From Camelus dromedarius (lineage: Eukaryota): a stretch of 64,000 bases of DNA. The stretch lies in assembly GCF_036321535.1 (NCBI RefSeq), contig NC_087436.1, forward strand, positions 114,578,001 to 114,642,000, read 5' to 3'. Under the pieces are notes generated by a model that saw only the letters and a list, made by a program, of their open reading frames with translations, ran no database searches and was not told the origin of the DNA. Below are positions 50,542 to 63,820 of the stretch, piece by piece. How positions within the stretch are numbered: the first letter of the stretch is position 1; each line of letters starts with the position of its first letter. The position numbers were made by a program, and so were the translations under genes.

Positions 50542-51739
50542 TTTTCCCAGCTTTACTGATACATAACTGACATATAACATGGTATAAGTTTAAGGTGTAC
50601 AGTGTGTTTGATACACTTATATATTGCACAGTGATTACTACCATCATCACCTCACATAATTAACATTTTTGTGGTGAGAACATTTAAGATTTACTCTCAG
50701 CAACTTTCAAATATGTAGTATAGTATTGTTAACTATAATCACAATGTGTACATTAGAATCCCAGAACATGTTTGCCTTATAATTGGAAATTTATACCCTG
50801 TGACTAACATCTCCACACTTCCCCTAATCCTTAGCCCCTGATAATCACCATTCTACTCTGTTTTTGTGAATTTGGCTTTTTAAGATTCTGTATGTAAGTG
50901 ATACCATACAGCACTTGTCGTTCTCTATCTGACTTATTTCTACTTAGCATAATGCCCTCAGGTTTCAGGCACGCTGTTGCAAATGGAAGGATTTCCTTCT
51001 TTCTCATGGCTGAATAATACTCCATTGTATATACATGTATGTATCACATCTTTTGTATCCATATTTTTTGATGGACATCAAGGTTGTTTCTATGTCTTGG
51101 CTATTATGAATAATGATGCAGTAAATGTGAGAGTGCAGATATCTCACTGAGATTCTGTTTTTATTTCCTTTGGTTATATACCCAGAAGTAAGAGTGCTAG
51201 ATCACATGGTAGTTCTATTTTTAAGTTTTTGAAGAACCTTCATACTGTTTTCCATAGTGACTGTACCAATTAACATTCCCACCTGCAGTGCAAAAGAGTT
51301 CCCTTTTCCCCACATCCTTACTGACATTTGGAATCTCTTGTCTTTTTCATGATAGTCATTCTAACAGGTGTGAGATGACAGCTCATTGTGGTTTTGATTT
51401 GTGTTTCCCTGATGATTAGTGATGTGAGCATCTTTGCATGTACCTGTAGGCCATTTATGTCTTCTTTCAAAAAAAACAGTCTTCATTTCCTTTGCCCATG
51501 TTTTTAATTGGATTGTTTGTTTCATACAATTATTTTCATACAATTCTTGAGTTTTTTTGATGTTAATCCCTTTTCAGATATATGATTTGCAAATATTTTC
51601 TTCTGTTCTGTAGGTCGCCTTTGCATTTTGTTGATAGTTTCCTTTTGAAAGCTTTTTAATTTGATGTGGTCCCACTGTTCATTTTTGATTTAGTTTCCTT
51701 TGCTTTCGGTGTCAAATCTCAAAAATCATTGCCAAGATC
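50542..51739 (-). mobile_element. L1MA-type 3' portion with 15-bp TSD
   Basis: Track ORF 50831..51025 has MEYYSAMRKKEILPFAT; TSD tcacttgatagtctt (50527-50541) / tcacttaatagtctt (51740-51754). Confidence 0.93.
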
Positions 51740-52517
51740 TCACTTAATAGTCTTCGAGTTCATGATTTTGAATGGTCAGAGAGTATTGTATTATGTGGTT
51801 GTATTATAATTTAACTGTATTTCTGTTTGGGGACATTTATATTGCTTCCATGATTTTTTATATAACAATAACTCTGTGGTGAAGATCTTAATTTTTAATT
51901 CTTATTATACATCCCTAATGTGTTCCTCAAGATAAACTCTCTCAAATTGTGTTACGTGGTCATAAAGCAGAAATGTTTGAAAAGCTCAACACACATTTTC
52001 TGAATTGCTTTTCAGAAAGCCAGTAGTACCAGCTCTCATCAGCACTGGGTATTCTCTCTCTTTTTTTTTATATTTTGAAAGGCAAACCTCAGTGCTCCAT
52101 TTTTTTTTTTTTTCAGTTGCATCTCTTTGCACACTGAGATTGAATAATGTTTTCACAGGTTTATGTGAAACATTATAAAAGGCCTTTAAGATGGCATAAT
52201 ATTCTGGAAAATGTAATTATTAGTCATATTTCTGAGAAAAATTTACTTCTTACTGGATTGTTAATATTCCAGGAAGCCCTGAAATGTGCTTTTGTTAGTA
52301 TCTCTTTCTTGCTGTAAACCTAAATTATAAAATATGAAATACTGTAATTTGTATTTTTAAAATATATTAAACTAAAAATTATACATATTACTCTTTCAAA
52401 CAACTTTACAAGTTATATCAAAATTATTCTTGTTAGCCAAAATTAATTGGATTCTCTTAGACTTCTATTTCATGTACCATGTGATTTTAAGAACATGGCA
52501 GATAGACTTAGTATCTT

Positions 52518-52668
52518 TTTTATTTGTTTGTTTTTGTCTTTTTTTTTTAATCTTTTTTTTGGGGGGTAATTAGATTTATTTGTTTTTTTAATGGAGGTGC
52601 AGGGGATTGAACTTAGGACCTCTGCATGCTAAGCACACACTCTACCACTGAGCTATACCCCACCCCCC
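52518..52668 (-). mobile_element. tRNA-derived SINE (camelid Vic-1-like)
   Basis: Minus strand GGGGTATAGCTCAGTGGTAGAGTGTGTGCTTAGCATGCAGAGGTCCTAAGTTCAATCCCC with A/B boxes, then CTAATTACCCCCC and an A-rich tail; TSD agacttagtatctt (52504-52517) / agacttggtagctt (52669-52682). Confidence 0.9.
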
Positions 52669-52899
52669 AGACTTGGTAGCTTGGTAACTTTTTTTCTTTC
52701 TTTCCATTTTAATGTCCAGGTCAAGCTGAGTAAGCCAAGTGATTTTTTTTTTTTTTTTGCACAGTTGGTTTTGACAGTATAAAATTTGGATTTCTTGTCT
52801 GTCTAATGCAGTCTTAGAATTTTTTTCATCTTCATGCTTTTTACTCATTTATTTCAGCTGCCTGGGAAAGCCTTTGCCATGGATGTTGTTGATTTATCT

Positions 52900-54632
52900 C
52901 CTGCACTCTTATCCTATATGGCTCTGTCATCTGCTTTTCAGACCCCAATTTTGTCCTTCTGTAACTTCTGAGATCTTTCCATTGGGCCTTCATGAATTTA
53001 CAAATAAGACATCAGTAAAATTCTTATATTCTCAACATCTTCCTTGAACAAAAGTTTTTACACTACTTCTGTCACTTGGCTCTCCCATAAGGACAGTACT
53101 GCCTTCTCCTGAAGCTGTTTCAGATGTTGAGGTCCCTCCTTATCACTAGTACTGGAGGTGAGGTAGATGACCTTCTTGTTACGTATTGCTCTTTCCAGAT
53201 CATTCTCCTTCATCTTTCCTAAAAATCCTTAGATTTGAATATCAAGCTGCATGATTATACCTCCTGCTACTTATATTTGTTGGAGTTTTCAACCAACCCT
53301 TGAATCACTGCCTTGAGTTTCTTGAAGATTTTGACTGTTGGGTCACAGTCACTCCATCACTATTGCTTTCATGATTCTTGGTAATCTCAGTATCCATACA
53401 GATTATCCTTCTAATACTTTGGTCTGTCAGTTTCTTGAATTTCTCATCTGCAACAATCTTGACTCCCCCATCTACACTTACCATAGTTATTCTGAAGACC
53501 TAGTCAGTATAAGTTTCTGTACCCTGTCCATGACGTCAATATCAATTTCATCCACCACAGTCTATTATCTCTTGTCCTTCTAGCTCACTTCCTTTGGTAA
53601 CCCAACTCCAATAATTTTTAAACCACACAAGACCTTAACATCAGTTGATCTTAGCAATTTTTCATTTTCCTGAACCCCCTCCTTACCCAGCTTAGATTCC
53701 ATGCTCCATCAACATAATCACTCCCTTGCATTTATTATCTTCAGTTACCTGCCTTTCTTTTTAGTAATTGTACATGGTTGGGAAAACCACAGCTCTACTT
53801 AAATGCAAATGTTTATCTACGAAGCACCTCCATTCATACAGCTGAATATGACTGGAACAAAACCTACAAAACACTGTCTCATTTAATATTCAGGTTAACT
53901 ATCTTCAAGTGACTTCTCCATATCTTTTACATCCCATGTCAAATCTATTAGCATTTCTTACTCACTTTTTATTCCAAAAATCATATTGAGACTCAGCCCC
54001 ACTTTTTATCATCTCTGTTGCTCTCACTCTTGTCCAAACTACCATCTTCTCTTTCCTAAATTTTTACTATAACCTCCTCAGTGGCTTCTCTGCTTTACGT
54101 TTGACTGTAGTTTATTCTCAACAAAGCAGTCCAAAAAAACCTTTTAAAATGTAGATCAGATTGCATCTTTTTTTTCCTCACAACCACCCATGTTTCTTCT
54201 CACGTTTCTTACAGAGACCTACCCACCCTGCGTAATATGGTTCCTGGCTTTTTAAGCCTCATTTCCTGCTGTTTCCCTCTCTTTCTGAGTCTTTTCAACC
54301 ACCCTGGCCTCCTGGCTTTTCTCTGAATCTGCTAAATGTATTCTTCCTTTAGGGCCTTTCACTGTAGCTTCCTCTGCTTGGAAGGCTCCTCCCCAGGTTT
54401 CCTTGCTCCTTAGTCTTCATAAGGTCTTTGACCTGCCTATTTAAATAGCACTTCCTCTCACGTACCCCCTTGTTTTCCGCATTAGGTGTATCAGCATTTG
54501 CCATACTATATACTTTACTTGTTGGTCTCTTTCTCTTCATTAAAATGTAAGCTCATTGTTATACCTGTAGCACCTAGGACGCTGCCTGGCCATAGTAGGC
54601 ACTCAGATTTGTTGAACAAATGAATGAATGAT
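52900..54632 (+). mobile_element. Long degenerate L2
   Basis: Pyrimidine-rich body ending gcctggccatagtaggcactca..ttgttgaacaaatgaatgaatga. Confidence 0.82.
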
Positions 54633-56724
54633 TGATAAAGTGTTCATCCACTGAAATTGTTAGGCACATGTTTAAGCAAGCTGTAGTATGATTGAGCTGA
54701 AAGAAATTGCATGTTACAATGTTAATGCCTTTGTCCTTCAGTTGCTTAGATAATTGGAAGGATAAACACCAAAATGTTAACAGTAGTTGTCTCTAGTTAG
54801 TGGCATTTCTTGTATCATTTCCATAATTGTTTTTCTGAGTATTTGGGAAGTGATCGTGTATTACTGCTATTAGGAGATTTTAATTCCGTTTTCAAGATAC
54901 AATACGAGAGCTAGCATAGCGACGTGGTTCACTGAAGGACTAAGGGAAACTCAGTCACAGCAGGAAGACTGTTACCTCAGGCCCATCAGATGAATACTGG
55001 ACAGTAATTTTAAGGACACTCTCAAGAATAGAAGAAGAGAAAGAATTCACTAGTATGTCACTGTACCTTCATCTTCAAAATTTACATTTCTGAATTATTT
55101 AGAATGAAGTCCTCTAGCAACTTGAGTCCTCTTAAATGCTGCCCACTGAATTCTAACACAGTAGAGGAAGCCTTTGTAGTCAAGGCCTTCTGTGAGGGCC
55201 TTTTTTGTATCTTCTGTCTCATTTGTCAGAATCTCAGTTACTTAAAATAACTTTTATGATTCTTAACCGTCTTTTTATGTTCATAGTACTGGTGGTGACT
55301 TTTTTAGGACCTGGATTGAACTTTTTCATCTTTGGCTTCTCACAGCTTACCACAGTGCTTGGTACATAACAAGTACTCAATAAATGTTTATTGAATAATT
55401 TTTTTCAATTGATCAGTGATAGTATTAGTCTCTCATAGTTACCTTTGCTAGGAAAAAACTTTTGCTTGGATAGTAAATCTCCCATTGCTATATAGATAAA
55501 CTTATGTGGTAGTGAGGAGTTGTGGGGTGTGGGTGGGGGAGAGGGAGAGAAGAAAAAAAAAGAAGGAAAAGACACAACAATGATGGACTATTTCATTAGA
55601 AAAGACAAATGCACCCACTCGTTGAATTACAGACTTTCTTTTTTTTATTGGAAAGGGATTTCATTGGGGAATTTTCCTAGTGACATGATTTGTTCTACTC
55701 TTGTTGAATTAGGAAAGTATTTTAACTTCAATATTATGATAAACTAGATGTATAAATGTCAGTGCTAATAGCTTAGTATTTTAGTCTTCTCAAATTGATG
55801 CCTGTGGTATCTGGACATTTTTTGGCCTCTTCTTGTAAATAAGGTCTCAGTGATGTTTAAGGAACAGCAACTTGTGGCCAGAAAATAAAAAAGCTGCATA
55901 TTATCCAAGTTAAGCAATATAAACGGGACTCAGGAATCCCCCACTAGATCAAAAATCTCCTAGAGAAGGATGTCCTGAGCTTACAAACTAGAAACCTTCA
56001 ATCTAATTTTAAATAAAGCCTTTTACGTAGTATGAGAGCATTTTTTAGTTGGTAATCAATTGGCACTATTATGTAGGCTTACTAGATTTGCAAATTTACA
56101 AGTTTTTACAAGTCAGTTGGGTCCCTTCCTCAGGAAATCAGTTTAAGTTTTTTTTTCCTATATTGACTCAAAGAGCCTAGTTGTCCTTAAATCCTGTGAA
56201 TATATTTGCCTTATAATTTGACGGCATTGAGTCAACACCCTTATAGGGTCTGTAGTGTTGTAAAAAGAGAAACTGTTCAATAAAGGATCACTAAAAAATT
56301 AGTCTGTGCTGGATAAAACCAGTGTTGGACATGAGTACTGTGCTTTGCTTTAAAGCACCTACAACTATTCAAGGAAGTATATCCTGGCCAATTACTACTT
56401 TCAAAATGGATACTTTTAATTTTGAAAAGCAAATGAGCTGTATCTTTGTGAAATGAAACCATGGCTGTAAATAAAATAAATGTACAATGAAATGGTGATT
56501 TTTTTTTTTAGCAGAAAAGTACTAATGTATTTGTGTAACATTAAAGTTCATAGAGATTGTAGAACTGTTCTAATTATTAAATTAAACTGTTTCAAACCAA
56601 ACGTGCTTGGGAAAGTGCATTTTTCAATTAATCACTGTGTGTCAACACGTTATACTAAGTAGACCTGTTTTGAGTGTCATCAGTGTGCCTGAAGTATACG
56701 GATAACAAGAACGATAGCTTTCAT

Positions 56725-56895
56725 TTTTGAGTACTTATCACGTTCTGGCCATTGTGCACTAAGCATGGATTAATTCTCAAGGAACTCTATATAATAGGTG
56801 TATTTGTTATTCCCAGTTTTTAGATTTAGAGACAGGCATAAAGAGGCTAAAAAGAATTGCTCAAGATTACACAGCTAATATCTAAGCGGTGGTAC
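56725..56895 (-). mobile_element. MIR SINE upstream of exon 5
   Basis: tttttgagtactta..ttattcccagttttagat..agaggctaa..ttgctcaagattacacagcta. Confidence 0.75.
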
Positions 56896-56990
56896 AGTAT
56901 TGGAAAATAGGTCAAATCTAAATATGTTAAAAAATATATTGATTGACTCTAATGTTGAATTTTGTTCTCTGTTTTTGTTCCCCTTTCTAG

Positions 56991-57094
56991 TTGATTTGGA
57001 GCACATGCGAACAGTAAAACCCGAAAAACACTTAAGGTTTTGCCAGGAAAATGGTTTTAGTAGCCACTTCGTCTCAGCGAAGACAGGAGACTCT
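56991..57094 (+). CDS. RAB28: RAB28 coding exon 5 (completes NKID G4; SAK G5 motif)
   Basis: Acceptor tttttgttcccctttctag|, donor TCT|gtaagt; 104 nt; encodes (I)[34 protein letters not shown]; lies inside track ORF 56900..57148. Confidence 0.97.
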
Positions 57095-58759
57095 GTAAGT
57101 AAAATAATGAATACTGAATATTACAATTGTTTTACTTTTATATACTAATATTCATAGGAAGTATACTTCTATTACTTAACTTTTGGAACAAGTTAATTCC
57201 TATGAAGACATGAAATATGTTAGGTTAGATATAGCATGGGTATTCTGTTTGTATTTCTCTTGTAATTCATTTAACATAATTTCACGGTTATTTTAAGGAA
57301 TTAAAAAAATATGAAAGTCAAAAAGAATATAAACCATTCATAATCTCCAGCATTCGGAGATGACCTCATATGATTCCTTCCAGTCTTATTTTTCTGATGC
57401 TCACAAATACTAGTCCTACTGTCAAGGGACTGCATTTACTGTGTGCGTACTTTGTGATGGGCACTGTACTACTGTGATTCTCTCTGTTTTATAGAATAGT
57501 CTTAGAGAGGTTATGTAGTAGGGGTCCAGGGTACACAGAATAAGGGTGGAGGTAGGATTTGTAAACCTAAGGATTGACAATCTAGGGCTCACCATATTAA
57601 CCATGTTAAATATTTATTTAACAAAATTGAGGTTATAATATAGAAATAAGGTTGTGTTTTACTTTTTAATGTATTTATCTGTAGAAAATTTTATCATGTC
57701 ACTTAATATTACTAAATAGATTTAATAATCCATTAGATTTAAGAAATCATTAAATAAATGTTCAAAAATTTATTCAACCAAGTACCTATTGTTGGGCATG
57801 TAGATTACTTCCAAGTTCGGGATGTTGTTAAATTTTGCAAAATTTTAATGTAAAATTTTGTCCATAATTTTTGATGTTTTGATTTTTTCTTTGGAATAGA
57901 CTCCTTGAAAGATAATTGAAACCTATTGATAAATTACTGCCAGAAAGCCTAAGTTAATTTATATCACCACCAGCATTGTGTGAGCACCGTATCACTGTAC
58001 TCTTTTTTAACATTCAGGATTTATTTATTCTTAAATCTTTGTCCATTTGGTAGGAAAAACTAATTTTTTTTGGCTATGTAAATTTGAATTTCTTTGCTAC
58101 TGAAGTGGAAATTTAAAATTTTTTATTACTTATTAATTTTCTGCTTATTGTGTGTTTATAATTTTCTATTGCTTTTTAAAGTTTTCTGTGACCATTTTTA
58201 AGGTGGGGATAACAGCCATTTGTCATAATTTTTGCAGATACTCTCCACTGCCCAGATTTTTATTTGACTTAATTTTCTTGGCATTTTCAACCAAAGGAAG
58301 TTTGTATTTTTTTTTCTGTGGTTTAATCTTTCTGGTGTTTTTCCTTTATGATGTCCTTGATGGTTTTTATGCTTGGGATAAATACTAAGTAATATAAGGG
58401 TATTTAATCTTTTGGGGGGTCTAACATTTAAAAATGTGACCTCTTGGAGCGCTTTCCCCCAGGGTGGTGCAGACACGGGCACATACCTATACATGTCATT
58501 AAAAAAATAATAACATCAGTACTCCTTGGTAAGTCCACCCATGGACTGGGCTTTCACCCGCACGTATCTTCCTAGGGGTCTTCTGTCATTTTGGAATTAT
58601 GTTACCTTTCAGTATTTTAGCTTGTGTTTAACCATTTAATATTTTTTGTGTACTTATGTTGAACCACCTTTAAAAATTCTTATTGTTTTCTTGTTAAGTG
58701 TAACTTTGAGATGGTTTGTTCTTGTGAAATCACTTTGAGGCTTTTAGTCATCTCCATTC

Positions 58760-60800
58760 CCAGGTTACTTCCCTTTGTTGCTTGAGAAGCTGAGTTTCTG
58801 GCTTACTGTGCTTTCCCTGATACTACCTTTGTCATAATTCTTAGTGATTTGGCATCTTTGTCTGTTCTCCACCCCACCTCAGCCACTCACTCCCGTGCAT
58901 TGTCTTTACAAAACACCGCAGCCTTTCTGTTACCTCATATTGCATATCACGCATCCTAATCGCTGACCACCTTCTGTCTTTCCAGCTCACAACCTTGAGT
59001 GCCCTAACCCAGTCAGTCTGCAACCCGTGCAGGACCTACAAGACACTGATCCTAACACTTTTTCAGTGTCCCTAATTTCCTTTCATGTCCTCATTTTCCT
59101 CTCTTCCTAACTTAAATGTCATGGCCAGCCAAGCACATCCTGTCAGTTCCCTTTCCCCTTGTTCACGTTATCTGACTCATTGGGCTGCCTTAAACCAAGC
59201 CCCCACCTTTATGTGGCTGCACTCATGGGTTTGAACGTGATCAGAGAAAACAGAGGCATGGTGGAGGTTTCACTTAAAGTTCACAGTCAGTCACTTCAAG
59301 TGGGCCCTAGTGCTGCTCAGTAAGTGTCCATATCCCACTATCTCTCTCCCTCACCCAGATGGCTATTTCATAGCTTCTCTTCTCTCCTCAAATCTTCAAA
59401 ACTTCCTCGTCCATTCTCTCAGCTGACGCCCTCGTTCTTTATTTTATAAGAAATTTGACAAACAGAAATCGACTTTCACATACTTCTGCCACCACATCTA
59501 CCCCAGCTCTCCTTCCCACCCCACATCTGTATCTTCTGTCTTCTCTGCGGTTACTATGGGGTACGCTGTCTGTGCTCCTAGTCATTTCCTCTGTTGTGCA
59601 TTAGTCCCATTTCTCATTGCCTAGTAGCAAACATCGCTTAGCAGTTCTCACTCTCTCCTGCGTCTTTTTTTGTCTCCCAGGTTATTCTATCAGTATACAA
59701 AATATTATGACTTCTCTTATCTTAAATACAAGAAAACCCTTGATCCCACATCTTTAGCTATTCTTTCTTCTGCCACTTACCAGTGGAATATTTTGAAAGA
59801 GTTGTCTCCAGTTCTCTCCTCCCAACTTCTCTTCAACAGTTCCAGTCAGAATTTGGTCCCGTGTTTCACCCAAAATGCTCCTATTAAGGTTACCAGTGAC
59901 CTCCTTTTTGTTAAATTTAGTGGTCAGTTCTTAGTCCTCATCTTACTTGACTTAGCTGCAGCATATAAAATAGTTGATCACTCTCTCCACTTTGAAATAT
60001 TTTCTTCAGTCAGCTTCCAGGATACCACCCCTCCTGGCTTACCTCCTGCCTTGCAGACTGCTCTCTTGGTCCCCTCTGCAGATTCCTTCTTATCCTTCTG
60101 TCTTCTAAATATTGGAGTGCTCTAGGGCTCGGTTCTTGGGTATCTTTTTTTAAAATCTCATTCCTTTAGTGAACTCGTCTAGTCTCATGGCCTTGACCAG
60201 ACCTCTTCCCTGAACTCCACACTCGTGTACCCCAGCACCTTTGCTTATATGTCTAATTGGTAGTTCCGGTTTAATTCAGGTCCTGAACTCTTTGATATTC
60301 TCCCCTCAAATCTCTCACAATCTTCCCCACTTCAGGAATGGCAGATCTTCTACCAGTTGCTAAAGCCAAGAAAATTCTGGAGTCATCCTTGACTCCTCTC
60401 TTTCTTTCACACACTACATCTATCTATTACCAAGTCCTGTTGGTTCTACTTTCAAAATATATCCATAATCTAGTGACTATTTCTTACCATCTCCACTGCT
60501 ACCACTTTGTTCCAAGCCTCCATCATCTCTTACATTAGTATCCTTGCTGTTTTCTCTTTTTGTACCTTGATTTCTGAAGTGAAAACTAAATACAGCAACC
60601 AGGTCGACCTTGTTAAAAATAGAAGTCACATCAAACCACCCTCCACTTTACTCAGAGAAAAAGTCAGAGTCCTTCCAGTAGCCTACCAGATCTTACTTAC
60701 GTGATTTGTACACTCTTATTCTCTTTGGTAATTTTCTTTTACAATCCTCTTTCTCTCCATTCCACCACACTAACTTTCCTGTTTCTCCTTGAACATTGAC
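58760..60800 (+). mobile_element. Long degenerate L2 (ORF2 RT region)
   Basis: Track ORF 59670..60125 has KVTSDLL..SGQFLVLILLDLAAAYKIVDHSL, an L2/CR1-clade RT motif (LLDLSAAFDTVDH). Confidence 0.9.
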
Positions 60801-61658
60801 CATCAGTGAACTATACTATATAATGCTCTTTGGGGTAGAAATGATGTAAGCCTTTCGAGGACATGTATCTCTTTTTGATTAGAAATCAAAATTAAATTAG
60901 TATAGTTGCAATAAATATTCAGTAAGTAATCATAAGTAGGGATAAGAATATGATAGGACACTTAGAAGCAAAGACAAGTTATGTGTAGCAGTCAGTGACT
61001 GGAGTGGAGCTCTAGGAGTCATAGTGGACCCAGCATAAACCTCCTATGTACGAAAGGCTGTTTATAGAAAAGTCTTTGTAGGTTTTTGTTTAATGATAAT
61101 GGAGTATGCTGCTCCTTTTCTGTTTGATAAAATACAGTGAAGATTACTAAGTTGTTTTGCTCAAGAGATACGGAGAATTTATTAAAATTGGTGAGAAGCA
61201 CAAAGAGGATTGAAAGGTTAGAAAGTAAGACCTTTTAAGATAAAGCTAATGCCAGATCAAAAGGCCAGTGTAGAACTGCCAGTGAGGACTTCATACAGGT
61301 GGTACAGACTGCTTGACCCTCATTTTCTTCAGGACTTACGGGAGTTTGTTATGCTAATAGTTTTTTTAAAATGTGGTATCTGTAATTAATTATCTTATGT
61401 TAAATATTTAAAAGAGTGATTTGTGTATGTTTAAACCAGTTCAGTGAATTGTATGAATTTCCAAATTACGGTTTAATCATTTAGAAAAATTATTACACTT
61501 AAAATGTTGCAGTATTTGACAAAGCTATTTTTGGAATAACCTGGTACATCATAGTTTTGCAGTTCTTGCTGTTTATCATTTTTTAGAAAGTTCAATTTAC
61601 TTGAAAGTAACTTAAGCATGCCTGTTTTAAATCATTTAAACCTATTTTTGTTATGTAG

Positions 61659-61736
61659 GTCTTCCTGTGTTTTCAGAAAGTTGCTGCTGAAATCCTTGGA
61701 ATCAAGTTAAACAAAGCAGAAATAGAACAGTCACAG
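61659..61736 (+). CDS. RAB28: RAB28 coding exon 6
   Basis: Acceptor tttttgttatgtag|, donor CAG|gtgatt; 78 nt, phase 0/0; encodes [26 protein letters not shown]. Confidence 0.96.
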
Positions 61737-63124
61737 GTGATTATATTGAACTTTATATTTAAAAAAATAATTTATTTCTTAAATGACATTAATTTTCACC
61801 CTGAATCCTTTCACATTTATGTACATATTCCAAAAAGCCCTAGAAATAGATTGTGTGTGTGAATTATGGTTTGTGCAGAAGATGGAGGATGTTAACTTTT
61901 GCCAAATTATGATACCCTTGAAACTGCATTTTGTCCTTTGTGTTGGAAGAAATTAGATTACTATAATAAAAATTTCATCGGTGGTTATATAATGAGTTAA
62001 GATACTGACCATATTGTTTTGTACTTCATTAAGTTCTTCTTCCTAGATTACTGTACAATATTCTTTTTGTATTTCATATCAAATCCCAACTATTTATCAA
62101 AGTTTATCTTAATTAGTAAGAATTTACTCCATTTGGCATCTTCCATGTTTGCTTTGGTAAAACATTATTTTTTCTAAAGTCTTGTTCTCTGTTCCTCTCT
62201 AAAACATCCTCCACTGTAATGATACTGATTTTAATAGTAATTAATGATATTTATTATTTTATTGTTAATTTAATAATGGTATTAATTATTGAGGATTTCC
62301 GAATTCTTTTACTATTCCTAGACAGTTCTCTTAACTAAGAAATAAACGTGAATACCAATGATCAAGCATTTAAAAATACTACTACACTAGCCAATTCACA
62401 TTTGATTGAACGAAACTCAGAACAAAAGCCTATAAGGTTAAGCTTCGGAAGTGATTTGCTTAGAAGCAACAAATAAATTACATTTTTCCTCAATCCCTTC
62501 CACTGCGTTCCTGCTCCTTGCAGCTAAAAAGGTATAATGATATTTCCCCATCCTTAAATTTTTCTTTACTTCTTTTGGAGTTAGTTCTGTGTCTTATTTT
62601 CATGGTCACTCTGTGTGTGTGTGAGGGGGGTGGTTTATAACAATTTGAGAAAATAGCAATTGAAAATTGTTACGCTGCTGTGGCTATTTCTAGGACTTCA
62701 TTAAAATATTTGGAACTCTGGAAATCTGCAACCTGTTATTTCTCATTATACAAAAAATGTTTATTTCAGCACTTACTATGGCTAGGCACAATGTTCAGAT
62801 ATTTATGCCATATAAATTGCTCCCAGACACAAAAATAGTTACTTGGTTTTGGTCTAGGAGAATGGATACAAGAAAGAGAAATCACCGTGATTTGCTTGAT
62901 TGCACAGAACTTGGCAGGCCGCAGAGGTCGAGTGATTCCTCTGATTTTTAGCTTCATTTTCTAAATGATGTTTGTCCCTGGTTAATCAGATAGTCCATGA
63001 ATGATTATCAAACAGTCACAAATGATTTATTGATCATGTATTACAAATGTGGTTTAGTGGTGGATCCAGAGGAAATTAAAAGAGTTTAAGATGCAGTCCC
63101 TGCCTTTAGTGAGGAAAAGTAATG

Positions 63125-63330
63125 TATTATGTGCCAGGCACTGTGTTATCTCATTTAATCCTCATAATAACTCTGTGGGGCAGGTGGCAGTTCATCACTT
63201 TAAGGTTAGGAAACTGAAACTGTGGAGAGGTTAAGTAACTTGATCTGCGAATCTATGGTTAGGCAGTGGTGGAGCCAGGATTTGAACTCAGGCCTATCGG
63301 ACGGCAGTGTGCCTAGTATTTTCAGTCTTC
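63125..63330 (-). mobile_element. MIR SINE
   Basis: tgtgccaggcactgtgtt..tctcatttaatcctcataataac..ggaaactga..gagaggttaagtaactt..ggagccaggatttgaactcagg. Confidence 0.88.
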
Positions 63331-63334
63331 CATA

Positions 63335-63820
63335 TTGGGGGAAGATTTACTGAGGATTTGGAGTGGGGAATTGAAAAAGAAGTTGGTATGAACAAGCTGA
63401 AAAGCTTAGTTTGTATTTTGGAAACAGAAGAGCAGTTTGGTTAAATAAATGACCATTTATGTTACAGTGTGAAGGGAATTTCAGAAAAGATTATGGAGGT
63501 TTACAAATGCCAAGTTGGTAAATTTTATCTCACATATTGACAGTGGGAAATAATTTTTTAAGCAGGGAAATAAATGAAAGCAGATTTTAGGTAGGATTAA
63601 TCTAATGGGATTTTTTTGTGTGTGAATGGATGAGAAAGAGATTGAAGCAAAGAGATTGGGTTACTGCCCTCATGTGATAAGGACCAAAATCCGAGTCGAA
63701 GGAAAGAATGAATGTAAGAGAGACATTTCAAAGAAGAATCAGTAAGACTTGTGGAATGACTGGATAGAAGGGAGAAGTCCAAGATCACATTGAGATTTCT
63801 CTCCTAGTGGAGCTGAAAAA
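63335..63820 (-). mobile_element. L2 fragment
   Basis: Purine-rich; ttttaagcaggg..gagagacattt..gaatcagtaagactt..gaagtccaagat. Confidence 0.65.

Larger units (their letters stand above)
421..61736 (+). other. RAB28: RAB28 gene, internal part (exons 3-6 and introns 3-5); 5' exons and alternative 3' terminal exons lie outside the window
   Basis: Four AG/GT-bounded exons of 89, 130, 104 and 78 nt join in frame to [134 protein letters not shown], recognised as RAB28. Confidence 0.97.

Noticed and set aside
52590..52668. tRNA gene
   Set aside because: It is a SINE head: degenerate stems, SINE-specific tail, A-rich end and TSD
55182..55206. Hairpin plus T-run (aggccttctgtgagggcctttttt) resembling a rho-independent terminator
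   Set aside because: Mammalian intron with no upstream Pol III gene recognised; expected by chance
421..57094. Non-canonical G3 motif WDIGGQ and a few residue differences from recalled human RAB28
   Set aside because: WDIGGQ is normal for the Rab28 family, and the differences are conservative (I/V, T/S)
59670..60125. 151-aa ORF with reverse-transcriptase-like motif
   Set aside because: Decayed L2 ORF2 fragment, not an intact or domesticated RT; neighbouring frames are broken
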